Below, in pieces: positions 26,768 to 36,408 of a stretch of DNA of 64,000 nucleotides (positions are counted from its first letter, which is position 1; every line of letters begins with the position of its first letter). The notes beneath the pieces were generated by a model that saw nothing but the letters and a program-made list of their open reading frames with translations, did not search any database and had not been told where the DNA came from. The translations under genes and the position numbers were made by a program. This stretch comes from Cyanobacteriota bacterium (GTDB taxonomy: Bacteria > Cyanobacteriota > Cyanobacteriia > PCC-6307 > Cyanobiaceae), in contig JBJTBH010000218.1 of the NCBI GenBank assembly GCA_046091285.1, forward strand, positions 1,176 to 65,175. The letters are read 5' to 3'.

Positions 26768-28923
26768 GAAGCGGAACCTACGCCCACCTCGAGCCGCTGC
26801 GATTCCTCGGGGTGGGGACCGACGCCATCCACGTCGCTCTCCTGGGGATGGAAGTACTCCCACACCTGACGGGCCAGGGCCTGGCCCAGGCCGGGAACCT
26901 TGGCCAGTTGCTGCGGTGTGGCCAGCTGAATCGCATCGATGGAACGGAAGTGGGCCAGCAGATCGCGCACCCGTTTCGGGCCGAGGCCTGGAATATCACT
27001 GAGGCGGGAGCGTTTCATGCGCTCACCCCGTTGCTGGCGATGGAACGTGACCGCGAAGCGATGGGCTTCGTCCCGCAACCGCCTGAGCAAAGCAACACCG
27101 AGCTGATCGGGATCCGTCTCCAGCGGTTGACGCGAACCCGGAAGGAAGATCTCCTCCCGCTGCTTGGCCAGGGAACAGACCACCAGATCCTCGGCCAGAT
27201 CCAGCTCCCTCAGGGCCTCCATCACGGCGGACAGCTGCCCCTTGCCGCCGTCGATCATCACCACATCCGGCCAGTCGTTCAGACCATCGGTCTGGAGAGC
27301 GCTGCCGGAGCGGCGACGCACCTCCACAAGATCGGCACCGGAGGCCTTGAGCTGAGACCAGCGTCGAAACCGTCGACGCATGATTTCCGCCCTCGCCATG
27401 AAATCGTCGGAATGACCGGCGCGGATGCTGCTGCTCTGAATCTTGTATTTGCGGTAGTGCTGTTTGGCCGGGAGACCATCGATGAACACCACCTGGGAAG
27501 CCACCGCATCACTGCCCTGAATGTGACTGATATCAAAGCCTTCGATCCGTCGGGGTGGGACCGCAAGTTCCAGAATCTGAGCCAGATCTTCCGTCGCCAG
27601 GGTGTTCTGCTCACTGGCACGCTGAGCCCGCTCCAGTTCATAACGGGCATTGCGTTCCACCAGATCGATCCACTCAGCCTTCTGCTGACGCTGAGGCACG
27701 ACAAGACGCACCTTGCGCCCGCGGCGCTCGCTCAACCATTCCTCGATCAGAGCCTGCTGGGGCAAGGGATGTTGGAGCAGCAGCTCCGGCGGAATCTCCA
27801 CCGGCTCCACCTGGCTGTAGTGCTCCTCGATCACCCGCTGCAGGATCACACCGGCACGTCCATCCGACAGGGAGGATCGAGCCTCGGGAAGCGCATCACC
27901 CGGGACGACGGCAGCAGGATCGTTGCCTGCAGCAACGGGTGAAGCATCCGATGGCCCTGAGGAGTCGGCCTCTTCAGGGCCAGCCATCAATCCCGGCAGA
28001 TCGGCATCGGCGGTGAAGCCGAGCCGTCCCACCAGCTTGCCGGCCCGCATCTGGAACAGCTGCACGGCCGCGACCCTGGAATCGGCGGCCAGAGCCACGA
28101 CATCCCAGGACACCGACGCATCACCACCGGCCATCTTCTGATCAGCGGTGAGACTGTCAAGCCCCTGAAGCTGATCACGGACCAGGGCGGCGGCTTCGAA
28201 ATCAAGCCGCTCGGCGTAGCGCTCCATCTGATCGCGGAGAAGCTGCATCAACTCTTCATTGCGCCCCTGAAACACCATGGCCACCTTGCGCAATGTCTGC
28301 TGATAGTCCTCCGGGGTGATGCGCTGCTGACAGACCCCAGGGCAGCGGCCGATGTCGTAATTGAGGCAGGTGCGATCGCGATGCAACGGCTGCGGGCGCT
28401 GACGCAGAGGAAAGACACGTTTAACGAGCGAAAGAGTGCGACGCAGCAGGCCAACGTCCACATAAGGGCCGTAGAAGCGATCGAGGGGACTGCGGAACCG
28501 TCGCTGTCGAGTGATGAAAATCCTGGGATAAGACTCCGACCAGGTAATGCAAAGATAAGGATATTTTTTATCGTCCTTGAGCAGGACATTGAAATGAGGC
28601 TGATGGGCCTTGATCAGATTCGACTCGAGGACCAGCGCTTCGTTTTCACTGTCTGTAACAATAAATTCGATCTCACAAATCTGACGCACCATCAAGCCGA
28701 TGCGCGGACTGTGACCCGGGGAATTATGAAAATAGCTACGCACTCTCTGGCGCAGAACCTTGGCTTTTCCGATATAAAGGATACGATCTTCTGCATCGCG
28801 CATCAGATAGCAACCCGGCTCCTTCGGAATGGCGCCGAGGCGTTGCTGCAGCCGCTCCGGCTGCTGCTTCAAGGGTTGACGCTGAGGAAGGTCCCGGCCC
28901 AGCAGAGGGGTCGTCGTCGGCAT
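26764..28923 (-). CDS. uvrC: Excinuclease ABC subunit C
   Basis: It has a GIY-YIG domain ([25 protein letters not shown]), a UVR domain, an RNase-H-like endonuclease domain and a C-terminal (HhH)2 ([16 protein letters not shown]). The ATG at 28923 avoids overlap with the upstream gene. Confidence 0.93.
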   Translation of the reverse strand: MPTTTPLLGRDLPQRQPLKQQPERLQQRLGAIPKEPGCYLMRDAEDRILYIGKAKVLRQRVRSYFHNSPGHSPRIGLMVRQICEIEFIVTDSENEALVLESNLIKAHQPHFNVLLKDDKKYPYLCITWSESYPRIFITRQRRFRSPLDRFYGPYVDVGLLRRTLSLVKRVFPLRQRPQPLHRDRTCLNYDIGRCPGVCQQRITPEDYQQTLRKVAMVFQGRNEELMQLLRDQMERYAERLDFEAAALVRDQLQGLDSLTADQKMAGGDASVSWDVVALAADSRVAAVQLFQMRAGKLVGRLGFTADADLPGLMAGPEEADSSGPSDASPVAAGNDPAAVVPGDALPEARSSLSDGRAGVILQRVIEEHYSQVEPVEIPPELLLQHPLPQQALIEEWLSERRGRKVRLVVPQRQQKAEWIDLVERNARYELERAQRASEQNTLATEDLAQILELAVPPRRIEGFDISHIQGSDAVASQVVFIDGLPAKQHYRKYKIQSSSIRAGHSDDFMARAEIMRRRFRRWSQLKASGADLVEVRRRSGSALQTDGLNDWPDVVMIDGGKGQLSAVMEALRELDLAEDLVVCSLAKQREEIFLPGSRQPLETDPDQLGVALLRRLRDEAHRFAVTFHRQQRGERMKRSRLSDIPGLGPKRVRDLLAHFRSIDAIQLATPQQLAKVPGLGQALARQVWEYFHPQESDVDGVGPHPEESQRLEVGVGSAS

Positions 28924-28939
28924 GGAAACGAAGCGGCCC

Positions 28940-29422
28940 TCAGCCGCCGTACTGCCAACCGGTGCTGGAAAGCTCCAGGGCAGCCGCGTCACGAGGGAGG
29001 GTGGCGCTCTTCACCTCAGCCACGAACACGGTGTGATCGCCATGGGCCACCTCACCCACCAGCTCGCACTCCAGAGCACCGAGGGCGTCGTTGAGCAGTG
29101 GCAGACCGAAGTCCCCCAGGGTGTAGGGCGCGACGTCGAAACGTCCACCCAACGCCTTCTGGGGCTTGAAGAACACGGCAGCCAGATCCTTCTGATCAGC
29201 AGCCAGCACATTCAGGGAAAAACGCCGGGTGCGTTGAATGATGCCGTTGCTGGTGGAATCAGCACGCACGGCGATCACCACCAGCGGCGGCTCAAAGGAC
29301 CCCTGAGTCACCCAGCTGGCCGTGAATCCATTCACCTCATCACCCTCGGCCACACCGCAGACGAACAGACCATGGGGGATCTTGCGCAGCAGCGTCTTCT
29401 TGGCGTCGAGGTTCAGGGCCAT
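28940..29422 (-). CDS. Flavin reductase-like FMN-binding domain protein
   Basis: 160 aa. [35 protein letters not shown] fits the flavin reductase/DIM6-NTAB fold pattern. Confidence 0.8.
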   Translation of the reverse strand: MALNLDAKKTLLRKIPHGLFVCGVAEGDEVNGFTASWVTQGSFEPPLVVIAVRADSTSNGIIQRTRRFSLNVLAADQKDLAAVFFKPQKALGGRFDVAPYTLGDFGLPLLNDALGALECELVGEVAHGDHTVFVAEVKSATLPRDAAALELSSTGWQYGG

Positions 29423-29544
29423 GGCGCGGGTTCAGCGGGCAGCGGGATCAGGAAAACTGTAGGGAGTGCCAACGACGAGCGGGCTCCCGGCACCCCATAG
29501 GATCAAGCCAACCTGCTGCCGGGGCCTTCGCCCTCGCATGGCCG

Positions 29545-30036
29545 ATGAAGGCGCTTTACCCCGGCAGCTTCGATCCACTCACCCTCGGACACCTCGATCT
29601 GATCGAACGGGCAGCCCGACTGTTCAACGCCCTCGTGGTGGCTGTGCTCCAGAACCCCAGCAAGCAACCCAGCTTCAGCCTCGAGCAGCGTCTCGCCCAG
29701 ATCCGCCAGGCCACCACCCACCTGCCCAATGTCACCGTGGGCAGCTTCAACGGGCTGACTGTGGATTACGCCCACCGCTGCGACAGCCTGGTGATTCTGC
29801 GTGGGCTGCGGGCGATGAGCGACTTCGAATTCGAACTGCAGATCGCCCACACCAACCGCAGCCTCGCGCCACAGGTGGAGACGCTGTTCATGGCGACGGC
29901 GGCCCACCACAGTTTCCTCAGCAGTTCCGTGGTCAAGGAAGTGGCCCGTTTCGGTGGCGACATCAGTCACATGGTGCCGACGACGGTGGCGGAAGATCTG
30001 CAGAAGCTCTTTAATCCATCCATTGCTTCCCCCTGA
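29545..30036 (+). CDS. coaD: Phosphopantetheine adenylyltransferase
   Basis: [23 protein letters not shown], 163 aa. Confidence 0.95.
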   Translation: MKALYPGSFDPLTLGHLDLIERAARLFNALVVAVLQNPSKQPSFSLEQRLAQIRQATTHLPNVTVGSFNGLTVDYAHRCDSLVILRGLRAMSDFEFELQIAHTNRSLAPQVETLFMATAAHHSFLSSSVVKEVARFGGDISHMVPTTVAEDLQKLFNPSIASP

Positions 30037-30037
30037 G

Positions 30038-30880
30038 ATGTCCGAGCGTCCTTTCACCGTGCTTGAGCAGCTGGACCAGCTGGAGGATGTCTTCCTCGAC
30101 GGCAGCGGCATTCCCTTCACGGGCGCCCGGCTGGTGAACAAACAGGAGGCGGAGGATGCCCTCGACGCCATCCGTGAGGCTCTGCCTCCCCAGATCGCTC
30201 AGGCCGATGCCCTGCTGCGTGAGAAGGAACAGCAGCTGGAGCTGGCCCGTCAGCAGGCCAGCCAGATCATTCAGCAGGCCAACCAGCAACGGGAGCAGCT
30301 TCTGGCAGCCTCCTCGATCCGTCAGGACGCGGAACGGCAGGCCGCCGAAATCCGCGAAAAAAGCCGTCAACAGCAGGAACAGGCAACCCAGGACCTGCAG
30401 ATCCGCCTGAACCAGCTCGATCAGCAGTTCGCCGCCCGACGTCAGCAGCTTGAGCAGGAAGCGCAGGAGATGAAGCGCCAGCTGGCAGAAAAACACGAGC
30501 GGACGCGTCAGCAGAACCTGGCGGATCTGGAGGCGATCCGCGCCGAAGGCCAGCGACTGCAGCAGGTCAGCCAGAAGGAAGCGGAAAGGATTCAGGCGGA
30601 AGCCCTGCAGTTCAAGCAGCAGACCCAGCTGCAATGCGATGGGCTGATCAACCGCAGCCGCCAGGAAGCCGCCACGGTCCAGGAAGGCGCCAACCACTAT
30701 GCCGAACAGGTGCTCAGTGAACTGGAAACACGGCTGCAGCAGCTGAGCCAGGTCGTGCTCGCCGGTCGTCGTGAACTCGGCCGCCTGCAACCCGTGCCGC
30801 AAGCGGAGACGGACGCGGGCGAGCGCCGGGAGGGCCCCTCCAGGGGCCGGCGGCTGGGTCGCATCCGTCCGGTGGCCTGA
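30038..30880 (+). CDS. Q/E/R-rich coiled-coil protein, function unknown
   Basis: The ATG at 30038 lies 1 nt after the coaD stop. MSERPFTVLEQLDQLEDVFLDGSGIPFTGARLV is followed by ~200 aa of heptad-like QQ/EQ/RQ sequence. Confidence 0.75.
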   Translation: MSERPFTVLEQLDQLEDVFLDGSGIPFTGARLVNKQEAEDALDAIREALPPQIAQADALLREKEQQLELARQQASQIIQQANQQREQLLAASSIRQDAERQAAEIREKSRQQQEQATQDLQIRLNQLDQQFAARRQQLEQEAQEMKRQLAEKHERTRQQNLADLEAIRAEGQRLQQVSQKEAERIQAEALQFKQQTQLQCDGLINRSRQEAATVQEGANHYAEQVLSELETRLQQLSQVVLAGRRELGRLQPVPQAETDAGERREGPSRGRRLGRIRPVA

Positions 30881-30892
30881 ACCCGGCGGACT

Positions 30893-32245
30893 TCAGGGGA
30901 GGCTGGCCAGGGGGCCGGCCTCAACGCAGCGGTGGTCCCGGAGAACAGCCAGGAGCAGCGACTGGATGGTGCGATTGGGGGCAGAGGCCCCATTCGAGAC
31001 CATGCTGATGTAACGCACCCCATCTGTCGTCTCCAGCAGTCCGCTGATGGCCCGCACACCGGTGATGGTGCCGGTCTTGCCGCGGAAATGCCCCTGAAGC
31101 GGGGTCCCGACGAACAGATGGCGCAGGGTGCCCCGCTCTCCGGCAATCGCCATCGAAGCCAGATAATCCCGGCCATAGGGGTGGTGATCCATCCGCAGCA
31201 GCAACGCCGCCAGAAAACGGCTGGTGACGCGATTGGAGCGATCAAGGCCACTGCCATCAACGACCTGCACCCCCTGCATCGGCAGCCCCTGCTCCGCCAG
31301 CCACTGACTGACAGCGGCAGCGGCTTCCCGACCATCCCAGCGCTGGGAAGCCTGACGAAGCAGAACCTCGGCGGTGAAGTTGTGGCTCTCGGTGTTGGCC
31401 AGGCTGAGCAGACGGTGCATCGGCGCCGAAGGATGCTCAAGCAGGAGCTGCGCCTGACGCGGCAGCGGATCCTGAGCCGCGATCGGCACCACTCGCACAC
31501 TGGTGCCGGGTCGATTCAGGGTTCGCGTCAGCAGCCGCTGGAACCGGGCCAGGGGATCGGCGACCGCCTGGTCGAGTGCATTGCTGGTGAGCGCCAGTCG
31601 GGTGATCGGGGCGCCATAGGCCTCATAACGATCCTGGGGGTGCCAGCCGGTCGGCCACCAGAGGCTGCGGGGTTCTTCCGCCAGCTCCCGGCGCAGCACC
31701 CCGGAAGTGAAGGAATCGGAGGCTGTGGACGACAGAACGGAGGAGCCGGAGGCCGCCGGCAGGGAGGCGAGCATCGCCCCGGCCAGCTGACGCAGTTCCG
31801 GGATCGAGAAATCGGGATCCCCCTGACCGACCACCCGCAGGGTGCCATCAGGCAATCGCCAGAGCTGGGTCGTCAACCGATGATCAGGCCCGAGGCGGTC
31901 GAGGGCAAAAGCCGTGCTGACCAGCTTCTGGTTGGACGCCGGAATCCGGGGCATCGTGCCGTTGAGATCAGCGAGCAGCCGCCCTCCGGGTTCCGCGACC
32001 GTGACGCTCCAGACCGGCGATTCACCTCCGACCAGGCCCTGCAGGGTCTGCTGAAGCGTCGGACAGCTGACCTGGGTCTGCAGCTGCGGCAGACCGATCG
32101 GCGGCGGTGCCGGCGGCAGGATCTCAAGAACCGTCCGCGACTGACTCAACCCTGCCGTTGCGGCGAACACCACCGGCAGGGCTGACAAGAGCAACCCGAG
32201 ACACCGGCTCGAGCCCGGGACTGATCGCAGACCCCGGAACAGCAT
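30893..32245 (-). CDS. dacB: D-alanyl-D-alanine carboxypeptidase/endopeptidase (PBP4 family)
   Basis: Contains SxxK (PASNQKLVST) and KTG (GKTGTITGV). The ATG at 32245 gives a signal peptide (MLFRGLRSVPGSSRCLGLLLSALPVVFA) and lies 1 nt after the upstream gene's stop. Confidence 0.88.
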   Translation of the reverse strand: MLFRGLRSVPGSSRCLGLLLSALPVVFAATAGLSQSRTVLEILPPAPPPIGLPQLQTQVSCPTLQQTLQGLVGGESPVWSVTVAEPGGRLLADLNGTMPRIPASNQKLVSTAFALDRLGPDHRLTTQLWRLPDGTLRVVGQGDPDFSIPELRQLAGAMLASLPAASGSSVLSSTASDSFTSGVLRRELAEEPRSLWWPTGWHPQDRYEAYGAPITRLALTSNALDQAVADPLARFQRLLTRTLNRPGTSVRVVPIAAQDPLPRQAQLLLEHPSAPMHRLLSLANTESHNFTAEVLLRQASQRWDGREAAAAVSQWLAEQGLPMQGVQVVDGSGLDRSNRVTSRFLAALLLRMDHHPYGRDYLASMAIAGERGTLRHLFVGTPLQGHFRGKTGTITGVRAISGLLETTDGVRYISMVSNGASAPNRTIQSLLLAVLRDHRCVEAGPLASLP

Positions 32246-32246
32246 C

Positions 32247-32789
32247 TCAGGGACGCCCCAGGGCCAGGCCCGTGACCGTTCCGCTGACCCGGAACTGCTC
32301 ACCTTCAAGTTCGATCGGTGCACCGATCTTGAGGTTCTGGTTACCGAAAACGACGCCACCGCCGGTTTTTCGACCCTGCCCCTCGAGGACGAAGCGGGCA
32401 TCCAGGGTGCTGAAGGTCGCCTGGTTGGGATCCGAAGCCGTGACCACCGTGCCATTCGGCTGCACCGCGGTCAGGCGACGCTGCAGGGCGATGACCTCGC
32501 GCACAGTGACATTGCCGTGGGGTTCATTGCGAATGACGATGCTGACCGCGCCGGCGCGACGGGCGGACGCGATCAGGGCCGCAGGATCAGCAGTGGCCAC
32601 CCCGCGGACATCCACGAGCACCGTGACCGGCTGCAGACCTCCTGTCGCCCGGGCGATCGCACCGGTGAGCTTGGGGCTCCAGATCACGCCGACAGCGGCC
32701 AGGATCACAGCAGCGGCGGCGCCCGCATCCACCAGGGTCCAGCGGCGACCGCTGGACTGTGACTGCGGCGTTGAGGGCTCGGTGGCCAT
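32247..32789 (-). CDS. DUF4330-like cyanobacterial protein
   Basis: 180 aa with an N-terminal anchor (RRWTLVDAGAAAAVILAAVGVIWSPKL) followed by a beta-rich domain. The family assignment is from memory. Confidence 0.7.
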   Translation of the reverse strand: MATEPSTPQSQSSGRRWTLVDAGAAAAVILAAVGVIWSPKLTGAIARATGGLQPVTVLVDVRGVATADPAALIASARRAGAVSIVIRNEPHGNVTVREVIALQRRLTAVQPNGTVVTASDPNQATFSTLDARFVLEGQGRKTGGGVVFGNQNLKIGAPIELEGEQFRVSGTVTGLALGRP

Positions 32790-32882
32790 GAGCGATGGCG
32801 ATTGGGCGCACTTTACGGAGCCTCGGTCAGGCCGGCCAGGCCCAGCGATCAGTGAGTCCGATCAGGGAGTCAGAGCAGAAAG

Positions 32883-33575
32883 TCAGTGCCTCAACCCTTC
32901 GATGAACTGATCCAGGGCCCGGAGATTGCCACCCAGACTGCCGTCCTGTTGCAGCGCTTCAGCCAGAGCCTCGGCATCGGGCCGCGTCTCAAAGCGGGTC
33001 ACGAAGCGGTAGCCATCGGGATCCTGGCGATAAAGCTCCCAACCATCGGGATGGGCATGACGCAGGGCGGCCTCGTCGAGCGGTTGGAGCTGGTAGGCCG
33101 AGGTCCAGGTGGAGAGGAAGCCCTTGCGACGCTCCCTTGCGACACTGCCGATGCCGACGGCCGCAGCCTCCAGGGTGGGATTGAGGGCGACGACCGGGCC
33201 ATCGTGCTGGCCGCAGATCTGCTCGAAATCGTCGTATTCAGCCTGCGATGGACTGACTGCCAGCAACAGGCCATGGCTGCGGCCATCGCTCTGAAGGCGT
33301 TTCTGATCCCGCAGGCTGCCGATCGAGCCGGCAAGCTCCGGGGCCTCACGCTGAGCCAGGGCCGCAGCTCCGGCATCCGGAAACAACAGCCGAAGACCCG
33401 CGGGATCCCGTCCATCGGTCGAAAGCGCAGCCAGGAGACGAAGAGCCACCGGCAGGAGGCGCAGACCCTCAAAACGCCACTCGACGGTCCAGCGGCCACT
33501 CGGGCCATCCCGCAACGCCTGCTGAAGAGCTTCGAGGGCCTGAGCTTCTGCGGCTCTCAGATCGGCTGGCAGCAT
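32883..33575 (-). CDS. DUF1995-like protein
   Basis: 230 aa. LPADLRAAEAQALEALQQALRDG..RWTVEWRFEGLRLLPVALRL resembles the DUF1995 N-terminus (family found in cyanobacteria and plastids). Confidence 0.7.
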   Translation of the reverse strand: MLPADLRAAEAQALEALQQALRDGPSGRWTVEWRFEGLRLLPVALRLLAALSTDGRDPAGLRLLFPDAGAAALAQREAPELAGSIGSLRDQKRLQSDGRSHGLLLAVSPSQAEYDDFEQICGQHDGPVVALNPTLEAAAVGIGSVARERRKGFLSTWTSAYQLQPLDEAALRHAHPDGWELYRQDPDGYRFVTRFETRPDAEALAEALQQDGSLGGNLRALDQFIEGLRH

Positions 33576-33631
33576 CAGACCTTCGCGCAGGCAGGGCCGA
33601 CCCTACTGAGCCGTCCGCCGATGCGGCAGGG

Positions 33632-34819
33632 TCAGAGCTCGATCGACACCATCGCCCTGGCCAGGGCAGCCGGCAGCTGCTGGGGCAGAGCCGCCAGCTG
33701 CTCCTCGTTCAGCCAGGGCCCCAGGCTGATGCGCAACCCCGCCGACGCGTCCTCCTCGGAGAGACCCAGGGCCTTGAGCACCGCACTGCCGCGATCCTTG
33801 CCCGAGCTGCAGGCGGAACCGCTGCTGACGGCGAATCCCTCCCGCCAGAGCGCAGCGACCAGGCGCCGACCGGAAAGTGGGCGTCCATCGGGCGTACGCA
33901 CGACAAGGCTGATGTGGTGGGGCAACCGGTGCTCCAGGCACCCGGTATGGCTCACACCGGGCAGCTCCAGCAACGCCACCAGCAGGCGATCGCGCCAGAC
34001 CGCGATCGGGTCGCTCCCACCATGGGCATCGAGGCGCGCCTGGCAGAGCTCCAGGGCCGCCGCGAAGCCGGCGGCGAGAGCCACGGATTCGGTACCGGCA
34101 CGACGACCACCCTCCTGACCACCGCCATTCAGCAAGGGCGTGAGGGGAACGCCGGACCGCGCCACCAGGGCACCGATCCCCCGGGGTCCCTGCAGCTTGT
34201 GGGCCGTGCAGCTGAGCAGATCGACGGGTCGCTCGGAAAAACGGGCCTCGGTGTGACCGATGGCCTGCACAGCATCCGTATGGAAGTAGACCCCCGCCTG
34301 GCGACAAAGCTGTCCGATCGCATCGATCGGCTGCATCGTGCCCACCTCGTTCTGGCCCCAGATCACGGACACCAGACGCGTGGGAGGTGCCAGCAGTGAG
34401 GCCAGCACCTCCAGGCGGATCCGGCCGACATCATTGACCGGCAGGGTGACCACCTCCCAGTTCAGAGCCTTCAGTTCAGCAGCGGCGGCGGCGACGGCGG
34501 GATGTTCGACCGAAGAGACGAGAAATCGGCCCGGCGGCAGGCTTCTGGCCAGACCGACGATCGCCAGATGGGCCGCCTCCGTGCCACCTGAGCAGAAAAT
34601 CAGTTCGTCGGTACGGCAACCGAGCACGGCAGCCACCGACTGCCGGCTGCGTTCCAGGCTTTCCGCCGCAGCCAATCCGAACCCGTGAAGGCTGGAGGGA
34701 TTGGCCCAGGCCTTCTGCCGAGCAGCAGCCATCGCCTGCAGCACCGACTCGGCCGGAGGCGTGGTGGCCGAAGCATCCAGGTAGAGCGTTTGCTCAAGGT
34801 TGAGGGAAGGCATCGACAT
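33632..34819 (-). CDS. Cysteine desulfurase (class V aminotransferase, NifS/IscS-like)
   Basis: PLP-Lys region SCTAHKLQGPRGIGAL and active-site Cys region SSGSACSSG. Its ATG shares one base with the dapF stop (TGATG). Confidence 0.9.
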   Translation of the reverse strand: MSMPSLNLEQTLYLDASATTPPAESVLQAMAAARQKAWANPSSLHGFGLAAAESLERSRQSVAAVLGCRTDELIFCSGGTEAAHLAIVGLARSLPPGRFLVSSVEHPAVAAAAAELKALNWEVVTLPVNDVGRIRLEVLASLLAPPTRLVSVIWGQNEVGTMQPIDAIGQLCRQAGVYFHTDAVQAIGHTEARFSERPVDLLSCTAHKLQGPRGIGALVARSGVPLTPLLNGGGQEGGRRAGTESVALAAGFAAALELCQARLDAHGGSDPIAVWRDRLLVALLELPGVSHTGCLEHRLPHHISLVVRTPDGRPLSGRRLVAALWREGFAVSSGSACSSGKDRGSAVLKALGLSEEDASAGLRISLGPWLNEEQLAALPQQLPAALARAMVSIEL

Positions 34820-36018
34820 CAGGGCTGAGACGAACGGTCCCGCTCCAGGCGCGAGCGGGTGCGGGTTTCGAGGGAATCGCTGGCCAGAGCCACCAGGTCA
34901 TCGAGAGAACTGCTGGAGAGCAGGGCTTCCACCCGGGCCCGGGCTTCGGCACTCGGACAGTTGTCAGGCTGTTGACAGCCCTGGACACAGGCCACGGCGC
35001 AGTTGACAGCCGCGACGGCGGACGAAGCGGGCACCGGCGACGGAACGCCGACCGCCAGCGGAGGTTCAACAGGCGCCGGACATGGATCAGGCCCGGTCGG
35101 ATCGGCAGGGAGCCTTTCAGCAGCCGACGCGGGGTCGACGAGGGAGGCCGCAAGCGGAGGTGAAAGATCCGGCACCACCACCGCTTCAAACACCGCTTCC
35201 GCAGGACCGGTCATCAACACATGGTTGCTCTCCTGATCCCAGGTGATCTGCAGCGGACCACCGGGCAGATCCACCCGGGCCGAGCGGGCGGCCAGACCAA
35301 GGGCGTGGGCCACCACCAGGGTGGCGCAGGCGCCGGTGCCACAGGCCAGCGTCGGGCCGGCGCCCCGCTCCCAGACCCGCATCACCAGGTGATCGGGCTG
35401 CAGGATCTGGACAAAATGAACGTTGGTGCGGGCCGGAAAAACCGGATGCACCTCCAGCGCGGCGCCATAACGAACCAGATCGACGCTCGCGACATCATTC
35501 ACGGGGATGACCACATGGGGATTGCCCATGCCGGCCGCGGCAACGGCGAACACCATCCCCTCCACCTCCAGCTCGCCCTCGGGCAGACCACAGGCCCCGA
35601 CCGGCAAGGTGGTTGGAATCGTTGCCGGCTCCAGGAACGGCGGGCCCATGTCCACCTGGATCGTGCCGCCGTCCCGAAGCTCAGGCACGATCCGACCGGC
35701 CAGGGTCTCGATCTGCCAACGGCGACCCGGGGAATCCCCGTCGCTGTCGGCCAGGAAGCGGGCCAGACAGCGGATGCCGTTGCCGCACATCTCAGGCTCG
35801 GTGCCGTCGGCATTGAAGATCCGCATCCGCAGCTCTCCATCCCCCCGGGGCGGGAGGGCGACGATGATGCCATCGGCTCCGACACCGAAGCGCCGATCGC
35901 AGAGCCGCCGGATCAGATCAGGGGACAGACCGAAGCAGAATTCCGCTTCGCTGGCACTGCGGCCATCGAGCATCAGGAAGTCATTTCCCAGACCCTGGTA
36001 TTTGCTGACCTGCAGCAC
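34819..36018 (-). CDS. dapF: Diaminopimelate epimerase with ~117-aa C-terminal extension
   Basis: Contains YQGLGNDFLMLD, CGNGIRCLARF and LACGTGACA. The GTG at 36018 is preceded by GGGAGG with a 7-nt spacer and gives MLQVSKYQGLGNDF. The track start at GTG 36042 is an alternative. Residues 291-407 lie beyond the normal DapF end. Confidence 0.88.
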   Translation of the reverse strand: MLQVSKYQGLGNDFLMLDGRSASEAEFCFGLSPDLIRRLCDRRFGVGADGIIVALPPRGDGELRMRIFNADGTEPEMCGNGIRCLARFLADSDGDSPGRRWQIETLAGRIVPELRDGGTIQVDMGPPFLEPATIPTTLPVGACGLPEGELEVEGMVFAVAAAGMGNPHVVIPVNDVASVDLVRYGAALEVHPVFPARTNVHFVQILQPDHLVMRVWERGAGPTLACGTGACATLVVAHALGLAARSARVDLPGGPLQITWDQESNHVLMTGPAEAVFEAVVVPDLSPPLAASLVDPASAAERLPADPTGPDPCPAPVEPPLAVGVPSPVPASSAVAAVNCAVACVQGCQQPDNCPSAEARARVEALLSSSSLDDLVALASDSLETRTRSRLERDRSSQP

Positions 36019-36049
36019 GCGGACGCCTCCCAACCGACTCACTGATCCT

Positions 36050-36268
36050 ATGGAGACCCTCCCCCTTGATCCGAGTCTTCCCGGCGTGCGACAGCTGCAG
36101 ACGTGGATCCGTCAGCAATCACGCCTGCGGATCGATCTCGGCCACGGGCATGTCCTTGAAGGAGTCCTGCAATGGCAGGATCCGGAATTTCTGGCCCTCA
36201 AAACCGGTGCTCCACAGGTGATCCTGATCAACCGCCGGGCCGTGCTCCTGATGATGGTCGTGGGCTGA
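36050..36268 (+). CDS. hfq: Cyanobacterial Hfq-like (Sm fold) protein, 72 aa
   Basis: LPGVRQLQTWIRQQSRLRIDLGHGHVLEGVLQWQDPEFLAL..INRRAVLLM aligns by eye with Synechocystis Hfq ([41 protein letters not shown]..). It is divergent from dapF, an arrangement I recall for other cyanobacteria. Confidence 0.7.
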   Translation: METLPLDPSLPGVRQLQTWIRQQSRLRIDLGHGHVLEGVLQWQDPEFLALKTGAPQVILINRRAVLLMMVVG

Positions 36269-36408
36269 AGCCATCAGGCGGGCCGGAAGGCTGTGGCACC
36301 ATCGCTTTCTGAGGGCATGAACAGGTCGGGTCTGGGCCGCGATGTGCCGCGCCACCTCCCAGACCCCCTTCGAACTCCCCTCCGACAACGACCTCCAGCG
36401 CCGCCGCG

